Source of the DNA: a virus
IMG/VR virus record: IMGVR_UViG_3300021082_000006
Strand: one strand, 5' to 3'
DNA: 48,271 nt
The notes under the pieces are model-generated. The model saw nothing but the letters and a program-made list of their open reading frames with translations. It was not told the DNA's origin and ran no database searches. Of this stretch, positions 22,247 to 32,065 are shown piece by piece. Both the position numbers and the translations under genes were made by a program. Within the stretch, counting starts at the first letter, position 1. Every line of letters starts with the position of its first letter.

Positions 22247-24517
22247 GTGAAGGATTGCCCGGCGATTCGGCCCGACCCGCTGACCCCAGACCCCCTGGAC
22301 GGTCAGCGGGTTGCGTTTGCCCGGATGCTGTGGACGAGCCAGGACGACGCGCTCCGAGCTCGGGACCGGGAAATCGAGGGTAACGTCAGGATGCTGGCGG
22401 GCCAGCAATGGGCCGTCTACTCCCCGATGTTCAACCGGTACATCGACGTATCGCAGTACCTCTCCGAGGACGAAAAGAAGTGGCGGCAGCGGCCCGTGGT
22501 GAACCGGATTCTCCCCTGGTTCATCTTGACCCACGCGAGGATGACAGAAAACCCGCCGGTCTTGACGATGGTGCCGGGGCCGGACGCCCTCGACGCCATT
22601 GCCGCCGAAACGTTCGACACCGTGTTCAAGACCCTCTGGCGCCAGCTCGGGATGCCGGACGCGATGGACCGGCTCATGGCCTGGATCATCGTGGGAGGCC
22701 GGGCCTACACGCAGACCCGCGTGGACCCGCGGCGGGGCGAGGCGTTCCCCTGGGTGGGCACCGCCGAGGTGATGATGCTCGACGCGAACAGCGCGACGGG
22801 GTTCCTGGTGGGACCGGACGGCCAGCCCGTGACCACCGAGCGCGACGACGTGCCGATGGACGAGCAGGGGAACCCGGTGGGCGTGCTCGACCCGGAAACG
22901 GGCGAAATGGTGCAGCTCGCGGAGCCCTACAGCGAGCCCGAGGGCGAGCTGGTGGTGGACGTGATGAGCGCGATGGAGTGCCGGGGGGAGTGGAGCCCGG
23001 CGCCCTGGCACGAAAAGGCGTGGCACCAGCAGAAGGCGTTCCTCACCCCGGAGGAGCTCTACCTCCGCACCGGCGCCGACGTACTGCCGGATACCACGAC
23101 GGTCGCGGATTCGGGCGATGAGCTCCGCCGGCTGCTCTTTGGGAGCGGCTACTTCGGCACCACCCTCGAGCAGGTGATCGGAAGCCAGACCAGCCAGGGC
23201 ATGAACGCCGCCGGCGGGCTCTGCGAAATCATCACCACCTGGATGAAGCCGTACAAAGGCTATCCGCAGGGCCGGCTCCTGGTCACCAGCCCCAACCGGG
23301 TGCTGTTCGACGGGCCGCGACCGGGCCAACTGCCGTTCACGTCGCCCATCCGGGCGTATGACTTCATCCGTATCCCTGGGCGGACGCACGGCAGCACCCC
23401 GCAAGAGGCCATGAACGCCTTGAACCGGGCCTACAACCGCGGGTGGGCGCAAATCCTCGAGCACCGGAACCTGGTGACCAACCCGAAGGCCCTGGTGGAC
23501 AAGGGATCGGGCTTGGGCAACGTCGAAATCACCAACGAACCGGGCGAACACTACGAAGTGACCCGCCGGCAAGGCGTCCCGCCCTTCGAGTGGATATCGC
23601 CGCCGCCGCTCGGGAGCGATGTGTGGCGCACCCAGGAGATGCTCCGCAGCGAAATGGACGATTTGGGCAACCTCCGGGGCACCGAAGGCGCACCCCCGAC
23701 GCAAGACGCCTCCGGCGAGCTGGTGAAGGAGCTCCGGCTCAATTCCGACCGCTTCCTCGGACCCACAATGCGCCAGGTGGTCACCGAAATCGGTCGGATG
23801 GGCCAGGACTGGAAGGCGATGCTCCCGCTGGTGTGGACGCAGGAGAAACTCATCAGCTACGCCGGCGAGGATAACGTCGCCCGCACCATCGTGGTCATGC
23901 CGGAGCTGTTCGAGAAGGGCGTCGTCAACATCGTGCCGGACGCGGAGTCCATGCTGCCCGAGGGGCGGGGCGAGCGCCAGGCGCGCATCTACAAAATGTG
24001 GCAAGACGGCATGTTCGGCGTCCCGCCGCAGGCGCCCGAGGCCCTCAAGAAGTATTTCGAGCTCTCCCGCTTCCCGCACCTCTCGAGGACCGCCAAGCCG
24101 GGCGGGGCCGACCGCCCCACCGCCGAGCGGTTCCTGGGCGCCCTGGTGAGCGGTGCGACGACCGCGGACCAGCTCCCCTGGAAGCCCTGGTACGACGTGA
24201 CGGTCCACCTGGACACCTTCACCACGTTTATGAAGGCGCCGGAGTTCCTCACGCTGGACCCGATGATTCAGATGCAGCTCGAGGCCCGCTGGCAGATGAT
24301 GAGTGCCGTCCTCCAGCAGCAGCAGATGGCCGAAATGCAGCAGCAGCTCGCGATGGCGGGCATGGCGGCACAGGCCGAGAAAGGCCCGCCCGGCAAGAGT
24401 GTCCGGGGGGAGCAGCCGAGTGCGCCCTCGATCACGCCGCCGCCGGCCTCCGGGTCGCCGCCGAAATCCCTGGGAGGGAAGCCCATGCCGGGCCAGCTCT
24501 CGTCCTCAATGCAGTAG
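22247..24517 (+). CDS. Portal protein.
   Basis: 756 aa, lying between terL and the scaffold/capsid genes. Has a Gln/Met-rich C-terminal tail. The GTG start is uncertain. Confidence 0.75.
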   Translation: MKDCPAIRPDPLTPDPLDGQRVAFARMLWTSQDDALRARDREIEGNVRMLAGQQWAVYSPMFNRYIDVSQYLSEDEKKWRQRPVVNRILPWFILTHARMTENPPVLTMVPGPDALDAIAAETFDTVFKTLWRQLGMPDAMDRLMAWIIVGGRAYTQTRVDPRRGEAFPWVGTAEVMMLDANSATGFLVGPDGQPVTTERDDVPMDEQGNPVGVLDPETGEMVQLAEPYSEPEGELVVDVMSAMECRGEWSPAPWHEKAWHQQKAFLTPEELYLRTGADVLPDTTTVADSGDELRRLLFGSGYFGTTLEQVIGSQTSQGMNAAGGLCEIITTWMKPYKGYPQGRLLVTSPNRVLFDGPRPGQLPFTSPIRAYDFIRIPGRTHGSTPQEAMNALNRAYNRGWAQILEHRNLVTNPKALVDKGSGLGNVEITNEPGEHYEVTRRQGVPPFEWISPPPLGSDVWRTQEMLRSEMDDLGNLRGTEGAPPTQDASGELVKELRLNSDRFLGPTMRQVVTEIGRMGQDWKAMLPLVWTQEKLISYAGEDNVARTIVVMPELFEKGVVNIVPDAESMLPEGRGERQARIYKMWQDGMFGVPPQAPEALKKYFELSRFPHLSRTAKPGGADRPTAERFLGALVSGATTADQLPWKPWYDVTVHLDTFTTFMKAPEFLTLDPMIQMQLEARWQMMSAVLQQQQMAEMQQQLAMAGMAAQAEKGPPGKSVRGEQPSAPSITPPPASGSPPKSLGGKPMPGQLSSSMQ

Positions 24518-24526
24518 GAGAACACC

Positions 24527-25816
24527 GTGGCTGACGTAGAAACCCCCGCCCCCGCTGCACCCGCTACGCCTGCCGCGCCCGCGGCACCGTCGCCTAGTGC
24601 TGCGCCCGCGGTCAGTGCCGTTCGGGCCGCGATTGACGCCGCTCGAGCGAAGGTCGGCGCCGGCGAGAGCTTCGTGCCGGAGGACCAGCATAGTGACCGA
24701 TACCTCGAGGAAATGGAGCTATCGGGTGAGCAAGAGCCGAGTGCGGAGGAGGCGCTTGCCGCCCACGGACAGCCGCGAGTGCCTGCCGGCGTCCCGGAGG
24801 GAGGCCAGTTCACGACCGCGGCAGAAACCGAGGAAGGCGAGGCGGAAGAAGCACCCGAGGCGGAGGCCGCTCCCGAAGGGGAGGAGGCGGCTGAGGCCAC
24901 GGGACTCGTCGTCAAGCTGCCGGGTCGGCGCCCAGGGGACCCCGAGCTCGAGATTGAGCTGAGTGACCAGGAGACGGCGGATCGGCTCCGGCAGATGAGC
25001 AACGGCTACATGCGCGGCGAAGAAGTGCGCCAGGCGCAGGAAGCCATTCTCCAGGACCGGCAGGAGCGGGAGCAGTTCAAGGACATGGTGCGGACGGACC
25101 CGATTGGGTTCATGGTGGAGAACCTCGACCCCGACATTCAGGCCGAGACAGCACTCTACCTGCTGACCCAGCCGGCTATCTGGCAGAAGGTGTTGCCGGA
25201 CCTCAAGGTGATTCTCACGAACCCCTCAGCCCTCCGGGTGGCCCAGAGCGACCTCAAGGCCCGGCGGTTCGAGATCAAAGAGCAGCTCATCGAGCGGAAC
25301 GAAGCTCGAGCACAAGTACGCGAAACGACCCGCGTAATGACGGAACAGGTGCGCGCCCTGATCCCGGCAGACTTGCCGGCGCATGAGGCCGACGCGCTCC
25401 TGGGAGGGTGCCTGAATGATTTGGCGCAGGCGGTTCAGCGCGGGGTGCTGGCATCGACGGATAGCCAGGACCTGGTGGTGATTCTCGCCCGGCGCCTCGC
25501 GCATCACGGCATCGACCCGGTGGTGGCAGCAGCCCGCCTCGCCGCCGGGGGCAAGACGACCGCACCGAAGAACGGCCAGGCCCCCCGGAAAGCGCCCTTT
25601 GCGGCGACTCCCGCGGCCCCTGCCGTGCCCAAGGTGAAGGTGACCGCCCAACGCCTCAAGGAACAACAGCGCATCAAAGCTGCCGCCGGCATGGCGAGCC
25701 CACCGGGCTCCGTCAATCCGTCCTCGGCTGCGTCGTTGGTCCCGAAGGGCACCGGCGTGAAGGGCGCCATCGCAGCCGCTCGCGCCAGGCTGGCGAGCGG
25801 AGGGCACCTCACCTAG
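24527..25816 (+). CDS. Scaffolding protein.
   Basis: Lies between the portal and capsid genes. Ala/Glu/Pro-rich and helical. AGGAG SD. Confidence 0.65.
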   Translation: MADVETPAPAAPATPAAPAAPSPSAAPAVSAVRAAIDAARAKVGAGESFVPEDQHSDRYLEEMELSGEQEPSAEEALAAHGQPRVPAGVPEGGQFTTAAETEEGEAEEAPEAEAAPEGEEAAEATGLVVKLPGRRPGDPELEIELSDQETADRLRQMSNGYMRGEEVRQAQEAILQDRQEREQFKDMVRTDPIGFMVENLDPDIQAETALYLLTQPAIWQKVLPDLKVILTNPSALRVAQSDLKARRFEIKEQLIERNEARAQVRETTRVMTEQVRALIPADLPAHEADALLGGCLNDLAQAVQRGVLASTDSQDLVVILARRLAHHGIDPVVAAARLAAGGKTTAPKNGQAPRKAPFAATPAAPAVPKVKVTAQRLKEQQRIKAAAGMASPPGSVNPSSAASLVPKGTGVKGAIAAARARLASGGHLT

Positions 25817-25836
25817 CAGGACCGTAGGAGTTACCA

Positions 25837-27201
25837 ATGGCTGCAACGAGCCGGCGGGTAGACCTGGACGCTGCCATGAAGGTCATTTTCCAAGAACCCG
25901 TTGTCGCCAACGTGGTTGAGGACAGTGAGCTCATGAAGTTCATCGACCAGGATGCCAACGTCGAGTACAAGAACACCACCGGCGGGCGCTACGTCGAGCG
26001 GTCGCACGACTTCAGGAAGGGCGGGAGCGCCGGGATGCGCTCCGAGAGCGACTACATCCCGGTGGCGAACAAGCCGAAGTACCGGAACAGCCGCATCAAG
26101 CTGCGGAAGCTCCAGGGCTCGGTGGAAATGAGCGGGGACGCGATGCGGAGGGTCCGTCACGACGAGGGCGCCTTTCTGGACTATATGGACCGGATTCTCC
26201 CGGACTGCGTGGTCCGCATCGTCAATAGCATCGACCGGCAGTACGTGGGCACGGGCTTTGGTCACAAGGCGCGCATTGCGGCCAAGGGCGCGGGCGGGTC
26301 TGCCGCGGCCAACTACATCGACGTGGATCGGGCCTATGGTGTGACGGGCCTGACGGACGCCTGGAAGGTGTTCCTCGAGGGCGACTCGATTGTGTTCTCG
26401 TCGGGCGCCACCGGTGCCACCCTCAAGGCCGGTACCCTCCAGCGGTTCGCCATCGTGGCCGACATTTCCGAGGACCTGAACCGCATCTTCCTCGAGAACG
26501 ACGCGGGCGGGCTGGTCGATGCGACCCTGTTCACCAACACCGCGGTGAACGACTACATCTTCGAGGGCGACAACGCGGGCGCGTCGGTGCAGGACCCGTT
26601 CGACACGGAGTACCGGGAAATCTCGGGCCTCCTGGCGGGCGTGGACGACGGCAACATCGTGGCGACCTACCACAACATCGCTCGCTCGGGCATCCGGCTC
26701 TGGCAGGGCATGATTATCGACTCCTCGAGCGCCAGCCTCGGGTTCAACTCGCAGATGAGCGAGGACCTCCTGGTGTACGCGGACGAGACGGTAGCCGAGC
26801 GCGGCGCCGGCAAGATCACCCACCTCATCATGTCCCGGAGTGCGAATCGCGGGTACTGGAAGTCTCTCAAGGGCGACCGGACCATCAACGACCCGCGGGG
26901 CAGCTACACCGGCGGCAAGAGCTCGGGGCTGGAAATCATCCTGGGCGACCGGACGGTGACGCTCAAGGTGGCGCGGAAGCTCCCGCCGCAGCTCGCGTTC
27001 GGGATGCAGAAGGACACCTGGAAGCGGTATGGGCTGGGCCAGTTCGAGTGGGACGATGCGACGGGCGCTATCTGGAACCGCGCCACGGATGCGACGGGCC
27101 GGCTCGACCAGCTCTACGCGGTCGGGAACATGTACGAGGAGCTCGAGTGCAGCGCACCGCGCAAGAACTTCCGTATCGACAACCTCACCGCGACTGCGTG
27201 A
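25837..27201 (+). CDS. Major capsid protein (probably HK97 fold).
   Basis: 454 aa directly after the scaffold gene. AGGAG SD. Highest-quality codon bias in the window. Confidence 0.75.
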   Translation: MAATSRRVDLDAAMKVIFQEPVVANVVEDSELMKFIDQDANVEYKNTTGGRYVERSHDFRKGGSAGMRSESDYIPVANKPKYRNSRIKLRKLQGSVEMSGDAMRRVRHDEGAFLDYMDRILPDCVVRIVNSIDRQYVGTGFGHKARIAAKGAGGSAAANYIDVDRAYGVTGLTDAWKVFLEGDSIVFSSGATGATLKAGTLQRFAIVADISEDLNRIFLENDAGGLVDATLFTNTAVNDYIFEGDNAGASVQDPFDTEYREISGLLAGVDDGNIVATYHNIARSGIRLWQGMIIDSSSASLGFNSQMSEDLLVYADETVAERGAGKITHLIMSRSANRGYWKSLKGDRTINDPRGSYTGGKSSGLEIILGDRTVTLKVARKLPPQLAFGMQKDTWKRYGLGQFEWDDATGAIWNRATDATGRLDQLYAVGNMYEELECSAPRKNFRIDNLTATA

Positions 27202-27273
27202 GGTAGCTCGACCTATCGCCTGGGTGCCAGCATCCCGCTGGCGCTCATGGCGTGGGAGCTCGAAGGGGGCTCT

Positions 27274-27681
27274 ATGATCGGGGATAAGGCAGTCAACAAG
27301 AACGCGCAGCACGCCCGGCGCGACCTCATCGTACCAATCATCACCGCCATCAGCTTGACGGATGCCGTCGTGTGGGAATGGCTCCCAGGCTTCGCGGGCT
27401 ACATCGTGGACGTGCAGAGCTACAACCGCACGACCGCGGGCGCCGTCACGTTCAAGGTGCGAACGGGCGGGGCCAGCTATGCGGCGGGCCGTTCGGCCAT
27501 CACCGACCTGGTGGCGGTCACGGCTTCCCGGCAGTCGGCAGTGCTCTCGACCACGTTGGCAAACCGGCGCTTCTCCTCGGCGGAGGTGATTCGCGTCGGC
27601 CTCACCACGGACGGCACGGGCGCGCTGACCAACGGCAGCATCATCGTCACGGTGCGCCCGCTCCTGGGCGGGGAGTATTGA
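27274..27681 (+). CDS. Beta-rich small virion protein, a candidate head decoration protein.
   Basis: Immediately downstream of the capsid gene. SD GAAGGGGG, then ATG 27274. Confidence 0.45.
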   Translation: MIGDKAVNKNAQHARRDLIVPIITAISLTDAVVWEWLPGFAGYIVDVQSYNRTTAGAVTFKVRTGGASYAAGRSAITDLVAVTASRQSAVLSTTLANRRFSSAEVIRVGLTTDGTGALTNGSIIVTVRPLLGGEY

Positions 27682-27684
27682 GCT

Positions 27685-28176
27685 GTGGTTCGGCACGTCA
27701 CGGTTTCGAGTGAGCGGGATACTCCGCTCGACGTTCTGGCGGTCCTCCGCCAGATCGACCCGGACCTCGAGCTGGTCTACATCGGGAACGGGCAATGGTG
27801 GGTGGGAGCCGTGACGGCGCCGAACAAGTATCGGTATCGCAGTGGGTTCCGCATCATGCAGCGGGTCCTCCGGGCGCTGGACCCGGACCCCTGCCTGGCG
27901 ATGCACGCGGAGCTCGAGTGCCAAGGGTTCGCGCTGTTGAGCGCGTGGAAGGGCGAGCCGGGCGGGCACATGATTGACGACACCCGCCGGCGCGATTGGG
28001 AGTGGCGCTATGACCCCGACCGCAACGCCTACCAGGAGGAGCAGCGTCAGGAGGCGTCACGGCTGGCGCGGCTGGGGAGCAAGGTCCGCGAGTTTCTCAA
28101 GCTCGAGAAGAAGTCACTAGTGCGCGCCATGCAGGGCAACCCGTTTATCGGATGGAGGAAGCAACCCAATGGCTAA
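27685..28176 (+). CDS. Hypothetical structural-module protein (163 aa).
   Basis: High GC3. GTG start. Confidence 0.55.
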   Translation: MVRHVTVSSERDTPLDVLAVLRQIDPDLELVYIGNGQWWVGAVTAPNKYRYRSGFRIMQRVLRALDPDPCLAMHAELECQGFALLSAWKGEPGGHMIDDTRRRDWEWRYDPDRNAYQEEQRQEASRLARLGSKVREFLKLEKKSLVRAMQGNPFIGWRKQPNG

Positions 28177-28636
28177 AGAGATGGGCCGCAAGGTCCTTGA
28201 CGAGGGCGCCTTCGAGGAGGCGCAGAAGGAAATCGCGCTCACGCCGCACAGCGCGATGGGGCCGCGGGTCCTGGCGAACTCGCCGGACTCGGAGGTGACC
28301 CAGCCGGAGGTCGAGGACAAGCCGGAGGACCTGAACAACCCGGTCGGCCCGGTGTTCGAGGAAACCGGCTTCAATCAGATGGGACCGCACTACCTCGAGG
28401 CGGCACCGAAGGCCCCGCCTGGCACCATGAAGGCGGACGAGGTGGGCGCGTACCTCCGCGAGAACCCGGAGGCGGTGGACGCGGTGCTGATCGTGGAGCT
28501 CGACCGCCCGGACGGGCCGCGGGTGACGGTGCTGCGGCAACTGCTGGCGGCGGAGAAGAAGAAGGCGGAGCCGCGGCAGGACACCATCGAGCAGATCGAG
28601 GCGCTGATCGAAGCCGAATCCGACGAGGAGGAGTAA
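28169..28636 (+). CDS. Hypothetical acidic protein (155 aa).
   Basis: GGAGGA SD. Confidence 0.6.
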   Translation: MAKEMGRKVLDEGAFEEAQKEIALTPHSAMGPRVLANSPDSEVTQPEVEDKPEDLNNPVGPVFEETGFNQMGPHYLEAAPKAPPGTMKADEVGAYLRENPEAVDAVLIVELDRPDGPRVTVLRQLLAAEKKKAEPRQDTIEQIEALIEAESDEEE

Positions 28637-28639
28637 GCC

Positions 28640-29002
28640 ATGCTGCCGCGAGCTATCGCAGTCACGCACGCAGTCACGGCGGTAGCCGCGGCGCAGGCGC
28701 CGGAAGTGGCCTACCTGAACCGCGGCAACCGACAGGCCGATGGGACGACGACCCGCCGCGCGCAAGTGTACCTGGTCGGCCTGGGCGCCGCGACGGGTGC
28801 CACGGTGCGACTCCAGGGGCTTCGGGTAGGCGGGGACCCCGCGGTCGATGCCGATTGGGTGCTCTTGAGCCCGGCCCTCAGCGCGGTCGGATTAGGGCCA
28901 ATCGTTGAGGTCCTGGGGATGCGGTGCCGCGTGGTCGCCATCAGCAACGGGGTTGCTGGCAGCGTGGTGAGCAACGTGTTCTACGAAAACGTGGGGAGCT
29001 AA
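28640..29002 (+). CDS. Hypothetical virion protein (120 aa).
   Basis: High GC3. Confidence 0.55.
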   Translation: MLPRAIAVTHAVTAVAAAQAPEVAYLNRGNRQADGTTTRRAQVYLVGLGAATGATVRLQGLRVGGDPAVDADWVLLSPALSAVGLGPIVEVLGMRCRVVAISNGVAGSVVSNVFYENVGS

Positions 29003-29007
29003 CCACC

Positions 29008-30399
29008 ATGATGAGCCGACGCTCCAGCCTGATCCTGCCGCGGAAGTTCCGTCGCCACCTGACCGGCGCCACGACCGGGGGCGGGGGCGGAGGGTTCACG
29101 ACCCTGGGACCGAACGCGCCGCCCGGCCTCGTCTCACCGTGGCCGGACTTCCTGGGCGACACGCTGCCCTACAAGAACGACGTGTATGGCCCGGCCAACC
29201 TGTTCAACATCTACGGCTGGGGCTCGGTGTGGGATGATGCGCGTTGCTACACCATCGAGGACGACCCGGACGGGCCGGTCGGCAAGGCGCTCCGGCTCAA
29301 CTTCTACGCCTACAACAGCCCGCGGAGCGGGGTCGCCTGGGCGGGAACGGCGGGGATGGGTGGTCCGCCCTGCAAGGGGTGGATGCAGCCGCGGCTCTTT
29401 GACGCGAGTGTGGGCCGGCGGTGGAAGAAGCTCTACATCCACATGTGGCAGAAGTGGTCGGCCAACTTCTCGCTCGAGTGCCGGCTCTGCACTTACACCG
29501 TTCACTACACCGGCACATGCCAGGCCGGCTCCACGGTGTCGAAGGTCGTGGACCTCACCAAGGCGTGGACGCCCGGCGAGCTGGTGGGAAAGTTCGTCCG
29601 CCCAGGCACGTCCAGTCACGGCTGTCTCATCACGTCGAACGACGCCACGTCGTTCCTCTTTGAGGATCGGTTCAACTACTTCTCGGCGGGGGGCGCCTAC
29701 GCGGTGTTCACCTGGGTGCCGACTGCGACGAATCAGAACTCCATCGGGGTCAAGGGCTGGTTTTGGCCGCGCACGGGGTGCCACTTCAACGGGCCGGTGG
29801 CCGGGCGGGGCGACGGCGCGATCCTGGGACCGTGGGACGCCCCGAAGGACGTAGATGCGCGCTCCGGCGAGAACCATTTCCACGGCTCCTGGGGCCTGAA
29901 CACCGGCGTGCTGCCAGGGGAAATCTCGGACTGTCTCGGCACCCAGCAACAACTGCGCTGGGACCCGCCCTATCTCGAGGACGCGAACGACCTCCCGGTC
30001 TGGAACTCCGCCGGGCGGAACGAATACTTCCCGGATCGGGTGCCCATCACCTACACCGCCGGCACGACCCGGAAGATGGAGTACTACTACGAGCTCCCGA
30101 CGCCGGGGGTCGCCAACGGGATATGGCGCGTCTGGCAGGACGGTATCCTGGTCAAGGAAAGCACCAGCGTGTTTTCCGTCGAGACGTACTATCCCGCCTC
30201 CGCGGTCGAATCCGCCGGCGCCGTGCCGCGTCCCATCATCGGCGGCGCGTCCCGGAACGCAGCCTACGCCGCCAGTAACCCCTACTTCGCGGGCCTCTGG
30301 AACGAAATGACCGGCGGCGGCGCACCGGGTCCCAATCTGCTCCCCGAGAACGATATGTGGAGTCAAATCTCGGCGTGCGCCGTCAGCGGAGCGCCCTGA
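29008..30399 (+). CDS. Putative tail fibre or receptor-binding protein (463 aa, Trp/Cys-rich, possibly a jelly-roll lectin/lyase-like fold).
   Basis: Position in the tail module. N-terminal Gly6 linker. The fold guess is not verified. Confidence 0.4.
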   Translation: MMSRRSSLILPRKFRRHLTGATTGGGGGGFTTLGPNAPPGLVSPWPDFLGDTLPYKNDVYGPANLFNIYGWGSVWDDARCYTIEDDPDGPVGKALRLNFYAYNSPRSGVAWAGTAGMGGPPCKGWMQPRLFDASVGRRWKKLYIHMWQKWSANFSLECRLCTYTVHYTGTCQAGSTVSKVVDLTKAWTPGELVGKFVRPGTSSHGCLITSNDATSFLFEDRFNYFSAGGAYAVFTWVPTATNQNSIGVKGWFWPRTGCHFNGPVAGRGDGAILGPWDAPKDVDARSGENHFHGSWGLNTGVLPGEISDCLGTQQQLRWDPPYLEDANDLPVWNSAGRNEYFPDRVPITYTAGTTRKMEYYYELPTPGVANGIWRVWQDGILVKESTSVFSVETYYPASAVESAGAVPRPIIGGASRNAAYAASNPYFAGLWNEMTGGGAPGPNLLPENDMWSQISACAVSGAP

Positions 30400-30400
30400 C

Positions 30401-31168
30401 ATGGCGGGCCTGATCGGGACGCCCACCGACCTGTCGAGCAACCGCAACGCGGCGGTGGCCTTCGACACGTCTCTCACGCCGCCGGCGGGCTTCAACCGGG
30501 CGTGCTTTGTCCTGATTGCGGTGGACAACAACACGATAGCCAACCCTGGCATCACGACCCCGACCTATGACGGGGTGGCGATGGAGGTCGTGGGGAGCCC
30601 GTTCCCGCTCGTCAACAGCGACCGACTGATTGCCGCCTACGGTATCCCGGTGGCCGACGCGGCCTCGGGCGCGGTGACGCTCTCCTTCACCAAGGTGGAC
30701 ATTACCAACGCCTATCTCGGCAAGGCGTACTACTGCGACAACGTGGACCCGGCGGACCTGGCGAACACCGTGGTCACCGGCTCGCAGTCCGACGTGGCGA
30801 CCACCCTGAATGTGAACGTGACCAACCCCGATACGACCAACGGCCTGGTGCTCGTCATGGTCGCGGCCTTTGATGATGCGAATACGGTCACCAGCGCGGG
30901 CGAGGGCACGCCGATTGGCTCCGCCCTTACCAATCCCAGCCCCACGGGCGGGGATCACAACATGTATTACCACTCGTTCCAATCCACCGGAGACGCCACG
31001 GTCGCGACCTCCTTCACCTGCGACGGGAACGTGGCTCGACTGCGGGTGATGGGGTTCAGCATCAACCACCTCCTGGGCAGCGGCGGTGGCGGCGGCGGCA
31101 GCAACCCGGCAGGCGTGAAGTGCTCGATAACCGATAGCAAGCTGGTGGGCGAACGGATCACGGCATAA
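30401..31168 (+). CDS. Putative tail fibre/spike accessory protein (255 aa, beta-rich, Gly6 linker).
   Basis: Position and composition. Confidence 0.4.
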   Translation: MAGLIGTPTDLSSNRNAAVAFDTSLTPPAGFNRACFVLIAVDNNTIANPGITTPTYDGVAMEVVGSPFPLVNSDRLIAAYGIPVADAASGAVTLSFTKVDITNAYLGKAYYCDNVDPADLANTVVTGSQSDVATTLNVNVTNPDTTNGLVLVMVAAFDDANTVTSAGEGTPIGSALTNPSPTGGDHNMYYHSFQSTGDATVATSFTCDGNVARLRVMGFSINHLLGSGGGGGGSNPAGVKCSITDSKLVGERITA

Positions 31169-31186
31169 CCCAGGAGAGCGAGAGCC

Positions 31187-32065
31187 ATGCGGTATCTAGG
31201 AGACTTCAAGCGCGGCCAGAGTATCTCGTTCCTTTGGGCGACTTACGCCGCCGCCGGGCAGTCTATCACACGGGCCACCAACGGCACGGTCGCCATCTAC
31301 CGGGATGGCAACGTCACGCAGTTCACCACCGGCATCACGGACACCGAGGACTTCGATGGCGTGGTGGGGGTCCACCTGTGCGTTATCGACACCGCGACGG
31401 TTGCCAACTACCCCGCCGGCAGCGACTACTCCGTCGTGGTGAGCGGCATGGTGGTGGACGGCCTCAGTGTGAGCGCGGTGCTCGCCAGCTTCTCCATCGA
31501 GAACCGCGACCGCATGGTGGTGTCGAAGGGCGCCCTCGCCGCGGGCGGCGCGTCCAGCTTCACCCTCCAGGCGGGCCAGACCGCCGGGGTCAAGACCGGC
31601 GACGTGCTGCGGGTCCCCGGTAAGGGCCAGAAGTTCATCGAGACGTACAACGCGGGCACGGGCGCCGGCACCACCCGGAGCGCCTTCGGCTCGACCCTGG
31701 CCGCGGCAGACCAGTACGAGGTTATCTCGGCCCCGGACGGCGAGCCGATTGCTGCGGTGGACTACGCGACGGACGCCATCAGCGCCGCGGCCATGAGTGC
31801 GGCGGCGGTTTCCAAGATTCAGACCGGGCTGGCGACCACGGCGGGGCTCGCGGCCCTGCCGACCAACGCCAGTATTGGCGCGGTCGTTGATGGAAGCCTG
31901 GCGGCGGCGGGTGTCACGCTGGCGCGCATGGGCTCGCTCGACGTGAACTTCACCATCACCGGGTCGGTGCTCACCGTGCGAAACGCCGGCGGCGCGCTCC
32001 TGTTCACCCGGAACCTGTCGGTCGCGGCCCGTGACGCCCTGGCGTCGGCGGTTCCGCCGCCATGA
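31187..32065 (+). CDS. Putative fibre-like structural protein (292 aa, Ala/Gly/Thr-rich).
   Basis: Position and composition. Confidence 0.4.
   Translation: MRYLGDFKRGQSISFLWATYAAAGQSITRATNGTVAIYRDGNVTQFTTGITDTEDFDGVVGVHLCVIDTATVANYPAGSDYSVVVSGMVVDGLSVSAVLASFSIENRDRMVVSKGALAAGGASSFTLQAGQTAGVKTGDVLRVPGKGQKFIETYNAGTGAGTTRSAFGSTLAAADQYEVISAPDGEPIAAVDYATDAISAAAMSAAAVSKIQTGLATTAGLAALPTNASIGAVVDGSLAAAGVTLARMGSLDVNFTITGSVLTVRNAGGALLFTRNLSVAARDALASAVPPP

Noticed and set aside
22162-22383. A 73-aa ORF in the gap upstream of, and overlapping, the portal gene.
   Set aside because: Its composition is Arg/Pro-rich and its third-position bias is poor. It overlaps the portal frame, which carries the coding signal.
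27226-27242. A hairpin GCCAGC-atccc-GCTGGC after the capsid gene, considered as a terminator.
   Set aside because: The stem is only 6 bp with no T-tract. It is too weak to call, though it could be a minor attenuator.
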